Source of the DNA: a virus | Lineage: Duplodnaviria; Caudoviricetes | Direction: 5' to 3' (one strand) | Virus record (IMG/VR): IMGVR_UViG_3300031993_000012 | Span: 96,001-160,000 of that record | DNA: 64,000 nt | In this document: positions 1-8,112 of the stretch, in pieces | Numbering within the stretch: the stretch's first letter is position 1 | Layout: every line of letters starts with the position of its first letter | Program-made: the position numbers and the translations under genes | Notes under the pieces: model-generated | Database searches by the model: none | What the model saw: only the letters and a program-made list of their open reading frames with translations | Told to the model about the DNA's origin: nothing

Positions 1-314
1 TGTGTGTTTACGAGGAACTTCTCATTGATATCCTTCATATCCGAAAGACGGAACGGAGTACGATATTTGATATTAACGAACATCTCATCGTAGAATTTAT
101 GTGTAGAACTCATAAGTTTATCTGCATATTGTTCTTCACCAGCTTCTTTGTAACGGTAATATCCTTCGATATAATCACACATGTCAGTTAATATTCTATT
201 ATAATTCAGAATTGTGTATTCTGCTTTATCAGTATGATTATCAAATGCACGATTGATATCTTCGAATATTTCCTTGCTATGTTTAATGATTTCTGATATT
301 GATGATTTGAACAT
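1..314 (-). CDS. hypothetical protein, 3'-truncated by window edge
   Basis: ATG at 314 preceded by AAAGGAGG; frame MFKSSISEIIKH... stays open to position 1; not in ORF track. Confidence 0.75.
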   Translation of the reverse strand, partial: MFKSSISEIIKHSKEIFEDINRAFDNHTDKAEYTILNYNRILTDMCDYIEGYYRYKEAGEEQYADKLMSSTHKFYDEMFVNIKYRTPFRLSDMKDINEKFLVNT

Positions 315-329
315 TATCTTTTCCCTCCT

Positions 330-1739
330 TTAGCTAATGATTGCTTTCCATACACGTTCACTCTTGTCGATTGGACGAATCTTAAGAATCTTCGTGAGTA
401 AATCAGAAAGCTGACGCTGACCATCTGCAAGATACTGACGTGAATGTGGAACCACATAACGATCATCATGTGTATCAAGTACCGTGATATAGAAATCAAT
501 GAGTTCCAACTTTGAACAAACATAACCTGCGAGCATAGCTTGATCATTGGAATCCTTGATGGCATTCATTTCAACTGTGACATATGCAACAATTGAACGA
601 ACATCGATTGCTTTAAGATGTTTCGGTCGTTTAAGTGAAAACTCTTGATGGAACACATCGGGTGCCATTTTATCCGCATCTGGTGATGTATTGGCATCAT
701 TAGGATTAGCCGGTTGCATCTTTTTATTGTCCTTGGGTTCACCTGCGGTTGGATTTGTTGGTTGTGGTGTTGTAGATGGAGTTTGTATCGGGTCAGCATT
801 TTCAATCTGTGTTTGTGATTGAACATCTGCGCCAGATGACATTACTGGACGTGGAATCGTATTTGGGTCATCTAATTCCATTGTAGTATTAACATTTCCA
901 CCACCGGATGGATTACAACTCATACAACCAGCACCGGATTCTTCTGATATTTTATAATCAATATCAAGTTTCTGATCATCGTCATCATCGGATATATCCA
1001 TTTTATATTCTGAATCATTTGTTTTTTCATCTTCAGCATCATTATGGTCGCCCATTATAGAAGTTGCAGATCCCCAGTTGTCATCCCAATCCATATCAGT
1101 AATGGAGTCTTCTGGGGATATATCAGAATCTTTGAACTGTTGAATTTCATCACGAAGTTGTTGAATATCATATGTGAAATCACGATCGTATCCGTATTCG
1201 TGATTGTCATTATCCAGATAATCATCTACTACGTTTTTAACGTCTTTGAATTCTTTACTATCTTTATCCAGTAAATCATCAATTACGTTACGACCATTCT
1301 GTACATCAGTATCAGATATTTCAACGTCACCATCTTCACCCATAACACCCATTGTTGCACCAGCAATTTCTTGCATCTTATACGGATTTTCCAATCCTTT
1401 ATTGGTCATTGCATCAATTGGCATTTTGGTTTTAACAATAAAACCAGCATATTTATCAACCTCATCGGCATCATCAAAGATTGTTCCAGTTGATATTGCT
1501 TTGGTAAGATTGCTTTCCTGAACATATGATATATTGCGTGGACATAATATTTGAACCTCTTCCTCTCGATTCTTATAAACACGCACATCATTTCCAGGAT
1601 ATTGCATAATGTTGATTTTGTTCTTTTCCGGATATATTACGTTAGCCATCTCACATACAACATCGTATTTATGAGAATCCATTGCGGCTTTAATGTATTT
1701 CTCAAAAGAACTATTCATTATAGGAACACCTACTTTCAT
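330..1739 (-). CDS. putative virion/head protein with acidic low-complexity linker
   Basis: 469-aa ORF on the structural strand; carries putative protease-site motifs (VQES, ISEES, HQEF). Confidence 0.55.
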   Translation of the reverse strand: MKVGVPIMNSSFEKYIKAAMDSHKYDVVCEMANVIYPEKNKINIMQYPGNDVRVYKNREEEVQILCPRNISYVQESNLTKAISTGTIFDDADEVDKYAGFIVKTKMPIDAMTNKGLENPYKMQEIAGATMGVMGEDGDVEISDTDVQNGRNVIDDLLDKDSKEFKDVKNVVDDYLDNDNHEYGYDRDFTYDIQQLRDEIQQFKDSDISPEDSITDMDWDDNWGSATSIMGDHNDAEDEKTNDSEYKMDISDDDDDQKLDIDYKISEESGAGCMSCNPSGGGNVNTTMELDDPNTIPRPVMSSGADVQSQTQIENADPIQTPSTTPQPTNPTAGEPKDNKKMQPANPNDANTSPDADKMAPDVFHQEFSLKRPKHLKAIDVRSIVAYVTVEMNAIKDSNDQAMLAGYVCSKLELIDFYITVLDTHDDRYVVPHSRQYLADGQRQLSDLLTKILKIRPIDKSERVWKAIIS

Positions 1740-1761
1740 ATTATTTTAAAGGAGAATTATT

Positions 1762-2256
1762 ATGAATACAACAGAACTCATTTGCATTATATTGTCATCC
1801 ATCAGTATTGTCATCAGTATTATTACGATGATAATTGTATCGATTTCATCAAAACGTAATCGTGAAGATTTCACCGATATAAAGTTTTATATATATGAAA
1901 TCATGCGACGTGAATCCAATTTGTCATCGATATTCGATGAAATGCATGAGAGCGTTGAATCTTTATCAACGGGTTTTGATAACGTCCGCAAGTCGTTCAA
2001 TACCGCATTAGATGAAAAGATCAATATGAAACATTATCCATTACCAGAAGAAATCAAACAAATCGAAAGAGTAATGGTTGACCAAATAGAACAAATCGTC
2101 GGTCTCAACAGTAAACAACGAATACCAAATAAAGATATGTATGAAACCATTGTCACGAATGTATGTAAAACATTCCCGAATGTTGATATAGAATATATCG
2201 TAACGAAACTCACATCGTATATAGAAACCGGTCAGTTAGTAAGAAAAGATGAATAA
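1762..2256 (+). CDS. hypothetical protein with N-terminal membrane anchor
   Basis: AAGGAG RBS; hydrophobic residues 6-29. Confidence 0.7.
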   Translation: MNTTELICIILSSISIVISIITMIIVSISSKRNREDFTDIKFYIYEIMRRESNLSSIFDEMHESVESLSTGFDNVRKSFNTALDEKINMKHYPLPEEIKQIERVMVDQIEQIVGLNSKQRIPNKDMYETIVTNVCKTFPNVDIEYIVTKLTSYIETGQLVRKDE

Positions 2257-2260
2257 TTCT

Positions 2261-2279
2261 GCCGGGGTATATCCCCGGC
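2261..2279. terminator. GC-rich hairpin GCCGGGG-TATAT-CCCCGGC
   Basis: perfect inverted repeat right after a stop codon; member of a recurrent hairpin family. Confidence 0.65.
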
Positions 2280-2290
2280 GATTATTCTTA

Positions 2291-2310
2291 AATTCTACAT
2301 ATATATCATT
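2291..2310 (+). promoter_or_regulatory. putative early phage promoter (AATTCTACATATATATCATT)
   Basis: same motif precedes about 10 plus-strand units. Confidence 0.6.
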
Positions 2311-2315
2311 CTATT

Positions 2316-2518
2316 GAAGCAACTCAGGAATATTTTACGGAGGTGATTCCATGGAAGATATTATCATTATCAACGATAGTACGACTCCCCAGTCAGAAAT
2401 CGAAAATAATATCAAAGTATGGTTAGGATAAAACCATACAATGATTAATGAAAAAACTTCACAATTCATTGAGTAATTGTTCATACGTTATAAACCCATT
2501 CCAACCTGAGAATGCTTC
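2316..2518 (+). ncRNA. fold-back RNA cassette copy 1 enclosing a mini-ORF
   Basis: 5' arm GAAGCA-A-CTCAGG pairs with 3' arm CCTGAG-AA-TGCTTC; core 2450-2501 is 50/52 identical to 19474-19524. Confidence 0.65.
2351..2431 (+). CDS. 26-aa peptide MEDIIIINDSTTPQSEIENNIKVWLG
   Basis: GGAGGTGA RBS; 19/26 identical to peptide at 19378-19458 with many synonymous codon changes. Confidence 0.75.
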   Translation: MEDIIIINDSTTPQSEIENNIKVWLG

Positions 2519-2578
2519 TAATTAAATGTGTGTAGATAACGAAATAAAAATATCACTCGAAAGGAGGTTAAACAACGA

Positions 2579-2938
2579 GTGAAAGTGATTATGAAAGATC
2601 CATCATATAAGAAAGTGGATCCAAACACACGTCGTTGTATTGATTTAGGTATCAAAAAATTACAACAGAGAATCGACAGTTACCTAGTTCAAGAACGACA
2701 AATCAATCAGGTTTTCAATGATGATACATTAATTCATGATATCATTTGTGGTTTCTATGTATACAAGTGCAGAGCCAATAATAATCAGCTCCGTTTGTTA
2801 TATACAATGAATAATAACAAACTGATTATTATATCACACTTCATCAAGAAAACCGATGAGGCTGGACATAATCAAGCATACATTCCTCACTTTAAGAAAG
2901 TATGCGAAACGTTAAACCAGAAAGGAATAAGATCATGA
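2579..2938 (+). CDS. RelE/HigB (Gp49-like) toxin-fold protein
   Basis: LRLLYTMNNNKLIIISHFIKKT resembles the R-I-L-Y...H-x-F-x-K-K-T signature; AAAGGAGG RBS, GTG start. Confidence 0.6.
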   Translation: MKVIMKDPSYKKVDPNTRRCIDLGIKKLQQRIDSYLVQERQINQVFNDDTLIHDIICGFYVYKCRANNNQLRLLYTMNNNKLIIISHFIKKTDEAGHNQAYIPHFKKVCETLNQKGIRS

Positions 2939-3573
2939 ACACATTATCAATCAAGAAAGAAAAACTGATATTCGATACTAATGCGATTGATTTCAATTTG
3001 CCGTATCGAATTGATATCAACAACAACAGTTACGTGGGTGCATTCGATGTTATAACTGAAGACAATCTCTCATTTTCATACTTTGATGAGAATGATAACC
3101 AACAAACAATCACATTATTACCAACCGATGACATCAAGGTATATCCGTTTCGTGGTTTAGGTGGTGAGCATATTAATCAGGAACGTCAGAAAATAGTTGA
3201 GCCTGATATAAAGAATTTCTACATTCGTAATAGCGTGATCGAGACAAACGATCAGCCGTTACTTATAATGAAAAATGACGAATGGGTATTCAACACTGCA
3301 GTCATTAAGAAATATCTTAACATGAAAGATATCCTGGTACGAATCAATTGGGGTATCAGTTTTAAAGCCTTATATGCAACAGACACATATGCGGTTTTTC
3401 CACCGGAATGCGTGGCAATCAATTCAGAGGAAAACCTGCTGAGTTGTGTTGACAAAAGTGTTAAATCAGGATATAACCTGAAATCAATACATATAGATTC
3501 AACGCTTTGGAAACATCTCGTATATGCACACATCGAGATTGTTGATAGAGGTTGGTATGAAGGAGAGATATAA
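2935..3573 (+). CDS. hypothetical protein, N-terminus paralogous to next gene
   Basis: ATG overlaps upstream stop; AAAGGA RBS. Confidence 0.7.
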   Translation: MNTLSIKKEKLIFDTNAIDFNLPYRIDINNNSYVGAFDVITEDNLSFSYFDENDNQQTITLLPTDDIKVYPFRGLGGEHINQERQKIVEPDIKNFYIRNSVIETNDQPLLIMKNDEWVFNTAVIKKYLNMKDILVRINWGISFKALYATDTYAVFPPECVAINSEENLLSCVDKSVKSGYNLKSIHIDSTLWKHLVYAHIEIVDRGWYEGEI

Positions 3574-3574
3574 G

Positions 3575-3925
3575 ATGATATTTGGAAATAAAATCGAAGC
3601 CGTAAAAACATGCTTCAGTACTGAAAACTTCAAACCGGGATTCCCATACCTTATATTCGTAAATGGTATGGTAATTCATGGTACATATGTGAGAGGCAAT
3701 GACACTCAGTTGTTCTTCAACTACTTTAATGAAAGTGGTGAAGGAAAACAGATAGTGGTGATGGTTTACGATAAAGCCAACATTTATGAGCTTCAATCAT
3801 GCACTGAGAAGGATAGCGAAACATATAATGCATATGAAGCTATGAAAGCTATGAATGACCTCGACCAATTGGTGATATTAAAGTGCGCTAGAAAGGATAT
3901 AACGAATGATAGTTCTGACGAATAA
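3575..3925 (+). CDS. hypothetical protein
   Basis: AAGGAG RBS; PY-x-I-x-x-N...F-x-YF-x-E pattern shared with previous gene. Confidence 0.7.
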   Translation: MIFGNKIEAVKTCFSTENFKPGFPYLIFVNGMVIHGTYVRGNDTQLFFNYFNESGEGKQIVVMVYDKANIYELQSCTEKDSETYNAYEAMKAMNDLDQLVILKCARKDITNDSSDE

Positions 3926-4475
3926 ACCTCAGACTGAGGATGAGTATCAGTATTCGTCATCGTTCATCAGTGTTTGTGAGGACGCATATGTTATGCGTCT
4001 TCATAGCACTAATCCGGATGAAGATGATATTGATGTGATCATGCATGAAGATGAGATCCATGTGATGACAACATGGTCAAAAGGTTGTAAAATCGCATAT
4101 GAGTTTGCATCACTTATGCGAGATGGTAAATCAATCTATTCATTAGAACTCGATTACACTGATGGCGAATATCATGTATCATGGATCGAGGATTGGGATA
4201 GATTTAAGGATTATTTATCCTGGAACAAATCTAATCCAAATTGGAAGAATACTTATTCATATAAAATTCATTCTTACAAAAATGCGTATGTCAAAACCAA
4301 ACCAATAGTATCAGATACAATACCAGACGATTGGGATACTGTTAAATCCAGAAAATATTTGCTGGATTTCTTTAAAGAGGATCTGGAAATACTCAAACCA
4401 GAAATCGAATCAAAATACGAGCAATTAGAATACGAAGGCCATGATTTCGAATATATAGTAGGAGGTGACAAATAA
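3906..4475 (+). CDS. hypothetical protein
   Basis: 189-aa ORF in a tightly packed operon. Confidence 0.7.
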   Translation: MIVLTNKPQTEDEYQYSSSFISVCEDAYVMRLHSTNPDEDDIDVIMHEDEIHVMTTWSKGCKIAYEFASLMRDGKSIYSLELDYTDGEYHVSWIEDWDRFKDYLSWNKSNPNWKNTYSYKIHSYKNAYVKTKPIVSDTIPDDWDTVKSRKYLLDFFKEDLEILKPEIESKYEQLEYEGHDFEYIVGGDK

Positions 4476-4774
4476 TGAAACTGAAAGAGTTACTGGAATG
4501 CAAGCGTTCAACATGGGTAAAACAGGACAATGGTGTCGAAGGACGTACAATAATTGAACTGATCACATGTGATATTGATGACTATGCTGAAACACCTTAT
4601 GATCACATTGAAGATCTGGTACTGGTATATGCATCAGATTACAAACCGGAAACGTTTTTGAATGAATCATTATTGAACAGGAATGTTTTGGGATTCGCAG
4701 CACGTTACACCGATCATATAATAATAGAAATTGAGGATAAATACAATGAATGCAAATCAGAAAATAGTAAGTAG
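4475..4774 (+). CDS. hypothetical protein
   Basis: GGAGGTG RBS; TAATG overlap. Confidence 0.7.
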   Translation: MKLKELLECKRSTWVKQDNGVEGRTIIELITCDIDDYAETPYDHIEDLVLVYASDYKPETFLNESLLNRNVLGFAARYTDHIIIEIEDKYNECKSENSK

Positions 4775-5273
4775 TTTTGAATATTCCGGTATGGATATCG
4801 AAACATTCAAACATCACGCATTAAAATATTTAAAACAAGAGATATCAAAATCTAATTTCACCGTATTTCAGAGCGATTGGGGTTTCATGAATAATGATAC
4901 CCCTTTCACACTCATTGTTGCACGTGATAAGGATAACAAATTCGAAATAGTTTGGTGGCTCAATGATTGGGGTACATTCGAAATAGAAACTCCAGTTAAG
5001 CATTTAGTCGCCAAATATTGGAAACTTAAAACACATTCTGACAGACTAAATTTGCACGATTGGAAAAAACATACCGCAAAATCATTAATAACGAAATACG
5101 GATGTTTAGCATTAGCGAACACATTCGTATTTCAACACAAGCAATCCATACCCACAAAAGAGCTCGATTATGAACTCAAGGAATTATTAAAAGAATATGA
5201 CCTTGGATTCAATCCCGACGATTCCGGAATGTGGGAGGGAAAGATTGCTTGTCTGTATAAGGAGGATATATAA
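4746..5273 (+). CDS. hypothetical protein, paralog of 6318-6848
   Basis: shared F-x-IETP...A-x-x-W and D/E-L-x-x-E-L/I-K-x-LL blocks. Confidence 0.65.
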   Translation: MNANQKIVSSFEYSGMDIETFKHHALKYLKQEISKSNFTVFQSDWGFMNNDTPFTLIVARDKDNKFEIVWWLNDWGTFEIETPVKHLVAKYWKLKTHSDRLNLHDWKKHTAKSLITKYGCLALANTFVFQHKQSIPTKELDYELKELLKEYDLGFNPDDSGMWEGKIACLYKEDI

Positions 5274-5274
5274 A

Positions 5275-5817
5275 ATGGACAAGAAGAAATTTGTGCTCGT
5301 AGTAATAAAACATCACAGCGGTGATAAATATGTCACGTATATAACGGAACAATTTATCAAATTTAATATGAACTATCCAACATCACCAATAATGTTCGCG
5401 ATTGAGTTTAATCCATATTATTATGCAGACAAATGTAACAAGAACCAGTTCGGCAATGAGTGTTCTGAAATAACATACCATTTTGAATATCGCAATTTTA
5501 AATCTACTATTATAACAAATGAACCACATACGATTCGTGGAATTGAAGGTGGACCGAATGTAGAATATGAGATACCATTAACAAAATCATTCATTGATGA
5601 AAAATTGATTGATAATGGTGTAATTGAAAATGCTGAAAAATATAAATATATATGTTGGTCAGACGAGCGTGATGCGTTCATAGAACTCGTAGAATCTGAG
5701 TTTGAAAATGTTCCATTTAATAGAGTTGTAAACGTAATACACGATGGTTCTTTATATAAATCACCAATAACAAAAGATATATATGAAAGTATATACGGTT
5801 CAGAGGAGGAAATATAA
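5275..5817 (+). CDS. hypothetical protein, paralog of 5819-6325
   Basis: AAGGAGG RBS; starts MDKKKF. Confidence 0.7.
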   Translation: MDKKKFVLVVIKHHSGDKYVTYITEQFIKFNMNYPTSPIMFAIEFNPYYYADKCNKNQFGNECSEITYHFEYRNFKSTIITNEPHTIRGIEGGPNVEYEIPLTKSFIDEKLIDNGVIENAEKYKYICWSDERDAFIELVESEFENVPFNRVVNVIHDGSLYKSPITKDIYESIYGSEEEI

Positions 5818-5818
5818 A

Positions 5819-6325
5819 ATGGACAAGAAGAAATTCGCCGTTGTTACAACAACATGGAACGATAATAAGTATGTACATGTACATGATGTGGAAGAGATTA
5901 AGGAGTGGATGCACGGTCATGTGACTGTAATTGGCCGTACATTAACACCATTAGCATATTTAGCCGATGGTCCAGACAATCCCCTTGAAGAATCAACTCT
6001 TGACATTTCATACCATATTGAGTTCCAGGAATTCATTGGTGAATTAGTTGAGGCTGATACAAAGACAATCAAGATATGTGATAAGACCGTATCATTAACA
6101 AAGACGATACTTGATACCGCCCTCATTAATAGCGGTGTTGATAAGGATTTAGTTGTCACCAATGAATATCGTTTATGGCATAATGATAGAGGTTATTTCA
6201 TTGAATGCGCGTATAAAGGATTCAAACATTCATCAGTAGATAACCCAGTACTTACATTGATATATGATGATGAGATAACAGCATCGATCTTCATGCGAGC
6301 ACTTATGGGTGATGACAATGGTTGA
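5819..6325 (+). CDS. hypothetical protein, paralog of 5275-5817
   Basis: GGAGG RBS; starts MDKKKF; shared YH-x-E and LTK...D..LI..GV. Confidence 0.7.
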   Translation: MDKKKFAVVTTTWNDNKYVHVHDVEEIKEWMHGHVTVIGRTLTPLAYLADGPDNPLEESTLDISYHIEFQEFIGELVEADTKTIKICDKTVSLTKTILDTALINSGVDKDLVVTNEYRLWHNDRGYFIECAYKGFKHSSVDNPVLTLIYDDEITASIFMRALMGDDNG

Positions 6326-6848
6326 TGATTCAAAACTCACGCTCAGAGGATATGAGTTTGAAGCCGATACAGTTTCAACAATCGTATTCATGATGGAATT
6401 TGAAATTGCGAATTATGTTCGCATAGAGTTACAGAAAGATGAAACGGTTATATTTCAAACGGGTCAAACCTTTTCAGGTTGGAAAGGTCCATTGATGTTG
6501 AGTGTAACCAATAAAGGACGCCGATTCGACATCAAGTTGATTATAACCAAACAAACGAATTTCATCATCGAAACCCCAATGAGAAAGCATATCGCAACAC
6601 GTTGGTCCGTTAATATTCCAGTAAAACCCAGATTCATCAAAAACAAAAATGCATACGAATTGATGAAATTATATCCAGGACTTCCATATCCAAAACTCGA
6701 ATTCTTTGTACCAGTATATGATATCAAACCGTATGATCTTGAATCCGAAATTAAAAAACTTTTAACCAATTCATTATATTACGATAAAGATACAAAATGT
6801 ACGGGATATCATAATATGGCAATCATATTCAAAGGTAAAACCGATTAA
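6318..6848 (+). CDS. hypothetical protein, paralog of 4746-5273
   Basis: ORF in operon; shared motifs. Confidence 0.65.
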   Translation: MVDDSKLTLRGYEFEADTVSTIVFMMEFEIANYVRIELQKDETVIFQTGQTFSGWKGPLMLSVTNKGRRFDIKLIITKQTNFIIETPMRKHIATRWSVNIPVKPRFIKNKNAYELMKLYPGLPYPKLEFFVPVYDIKPYDLESEIKKLLTNSLYYDKDTKCTGYHNMAIIFKGKTD

Positions 6849-6888
6849 ATATATTGGGGCGGTATTCCCGCCCCAGAAAGGAAATATC

Positions 6889-8034
6889 ATGAGTCTATTA
6901 GACCGGTGGTACGCAGCACCGCAAAACATAACAACGGTTGATCCGATTGTTTCAAATGCAATACCAAGAGTTTTCAATCGAATTGATCATAGTTTTAAAC
7001 ATGATTGGGATACTGATACAACACGTTATTTGTCATTCATCAGACAACTATATACGGAATTTACGAACCTAAATTTGGGTGCAGTCCATATTAGTCAAAT
7101 CATTCCAATCAATACATGGTACAAAGGCGTATTTCTATCACCTGCATTTCCAAATATAATGGTGCTATCCTTATTAGGGGATGTATTCCCATCACAGCAA
7201 GGATTCATCAATGAATGTTCACCGCTTATAGAGCATTATAATATCAGATTAGCAACATCAGATGACATCAATTGTTTGGTAATGTTCGATGTACCATTGA
7301 AATTATATTATCCAATTATTGATGCATTCTTTAGAAATGATCTTCGTATGAGATGGCCGGAACAAGTAGTACCAAAAGAACCAAAACTTCCACCAAAGAA
7401 AGAAGTTAAATATTATCCATCACCGTTCCACGACGATGCATTTAGGATGATACATCAAATATATACCAAATATTTAAAAGGTATAGCATATAGAACATTT
7501 GATATCAAAAATATTTCCACTGTATACATAGCAAAAATGGAGACACTATCTAACTCATTACAATATAAATATGAACATGATATCGTTAAATCACACAACC
7601 ATCGCGAAATCATTAAGTTTTTCAAAATAGCAAAAATATTCAATCAAATTACAGACCATAGATTTCATCAAAACACTACTACGTATACAAAAATTCATTT
7701 CTGGATACGTCGAAAATATTCAGATGTTAGAATTTATAAGATTCTAAAATCTCATGATAATGATATATTGCAATGGTTTCTAAAATATACTGACACATTT
7801 AAGTATTTCGATGCTTTGCGTATCAAAAAATATGAAGATGAAATACGTAAACGAGAAGAGGCTGAATTAAAACCAAAACCAAAACCGGTAATAATACAAC
7901 TCGATGCTGAACCCACATATTATCCCAGTCACTGGGATAATTCTTTCCCTGTGATTCAAACTGGAGATGAAGTCATCGATAGACAATTACAATCAATCGT
8001 ATCGACTTTCATTGAGGATGTATATATTAATTAA
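6889..8034 (+). CDS. hypothetical protein
   Basis: 381-aa ORF; GAAAGGA RBS. Confidence 0.7.
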   Translation: MSLLDRWYAAPQNITTVDPIVSNAIPRVFNRIDHSFKHDWDTDTTRYLSFIRQLYTEFTNLNLGAVHISQIIPINTWYKGVFLSPAFPNIMVLSLLGDVFPSQQGFINECSPLIEHYNIRLATSDDINCLVMFDVPLKLYYPIIDAFFRNDLRMRWPEQVVPKEPKLPPKKEVKYYPSPFHDDAFRMIHQIYTKYLKGIAYRTFDIKNISTVYIAKMETLSNSLQYKYEHDIVKSHNHREIIKFFKIAKIFNQITDHRFHQNTTTYTKIHFWIRRKYSDVRIYKILKSHDNDILQWFLKYTDTFKYFDALRIKKYEDEIRKREEAELKPKPKPVIIQLDAEPTYYPSHWDNSFPVIQTGDEVIDRQLQSIVSTFIEDVYIN

Positions 8035-8049
8035 CAAATACAAAAAGAC

Positions 8050-8070
8050 ACCCGGGCATATAGCCCGGGT
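8050..8070. terminator. bidirectional hairpin ACCCGGGC-ATATA-GCCCGGGT
   Basis: between convergent genes; identical inverted copy at 44747-44767. Confidence 0.75.
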
Positions 8071-8112
8071 CTCTCTTAATACATTTATAAATACATTCCG
8101 TTTTTATTTTTT

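Noticed and set aside
2351-2431. Classical type I membrane toxin or arbitrium peptide
   Set aside because: Peptide is acidic with no transmembrane helix or signal sequence; no receptor gene nearby
2316-2518. Cassette as tmRNA, retron ncRNA or pistol ribozyme
   Set aside because: No tRNA-like acceptor or T-arm, and the ORF has its own RBS and ATG; no adjacent RT; TGGTTAGG lacks a downstream CCTAA pseudoknot partner
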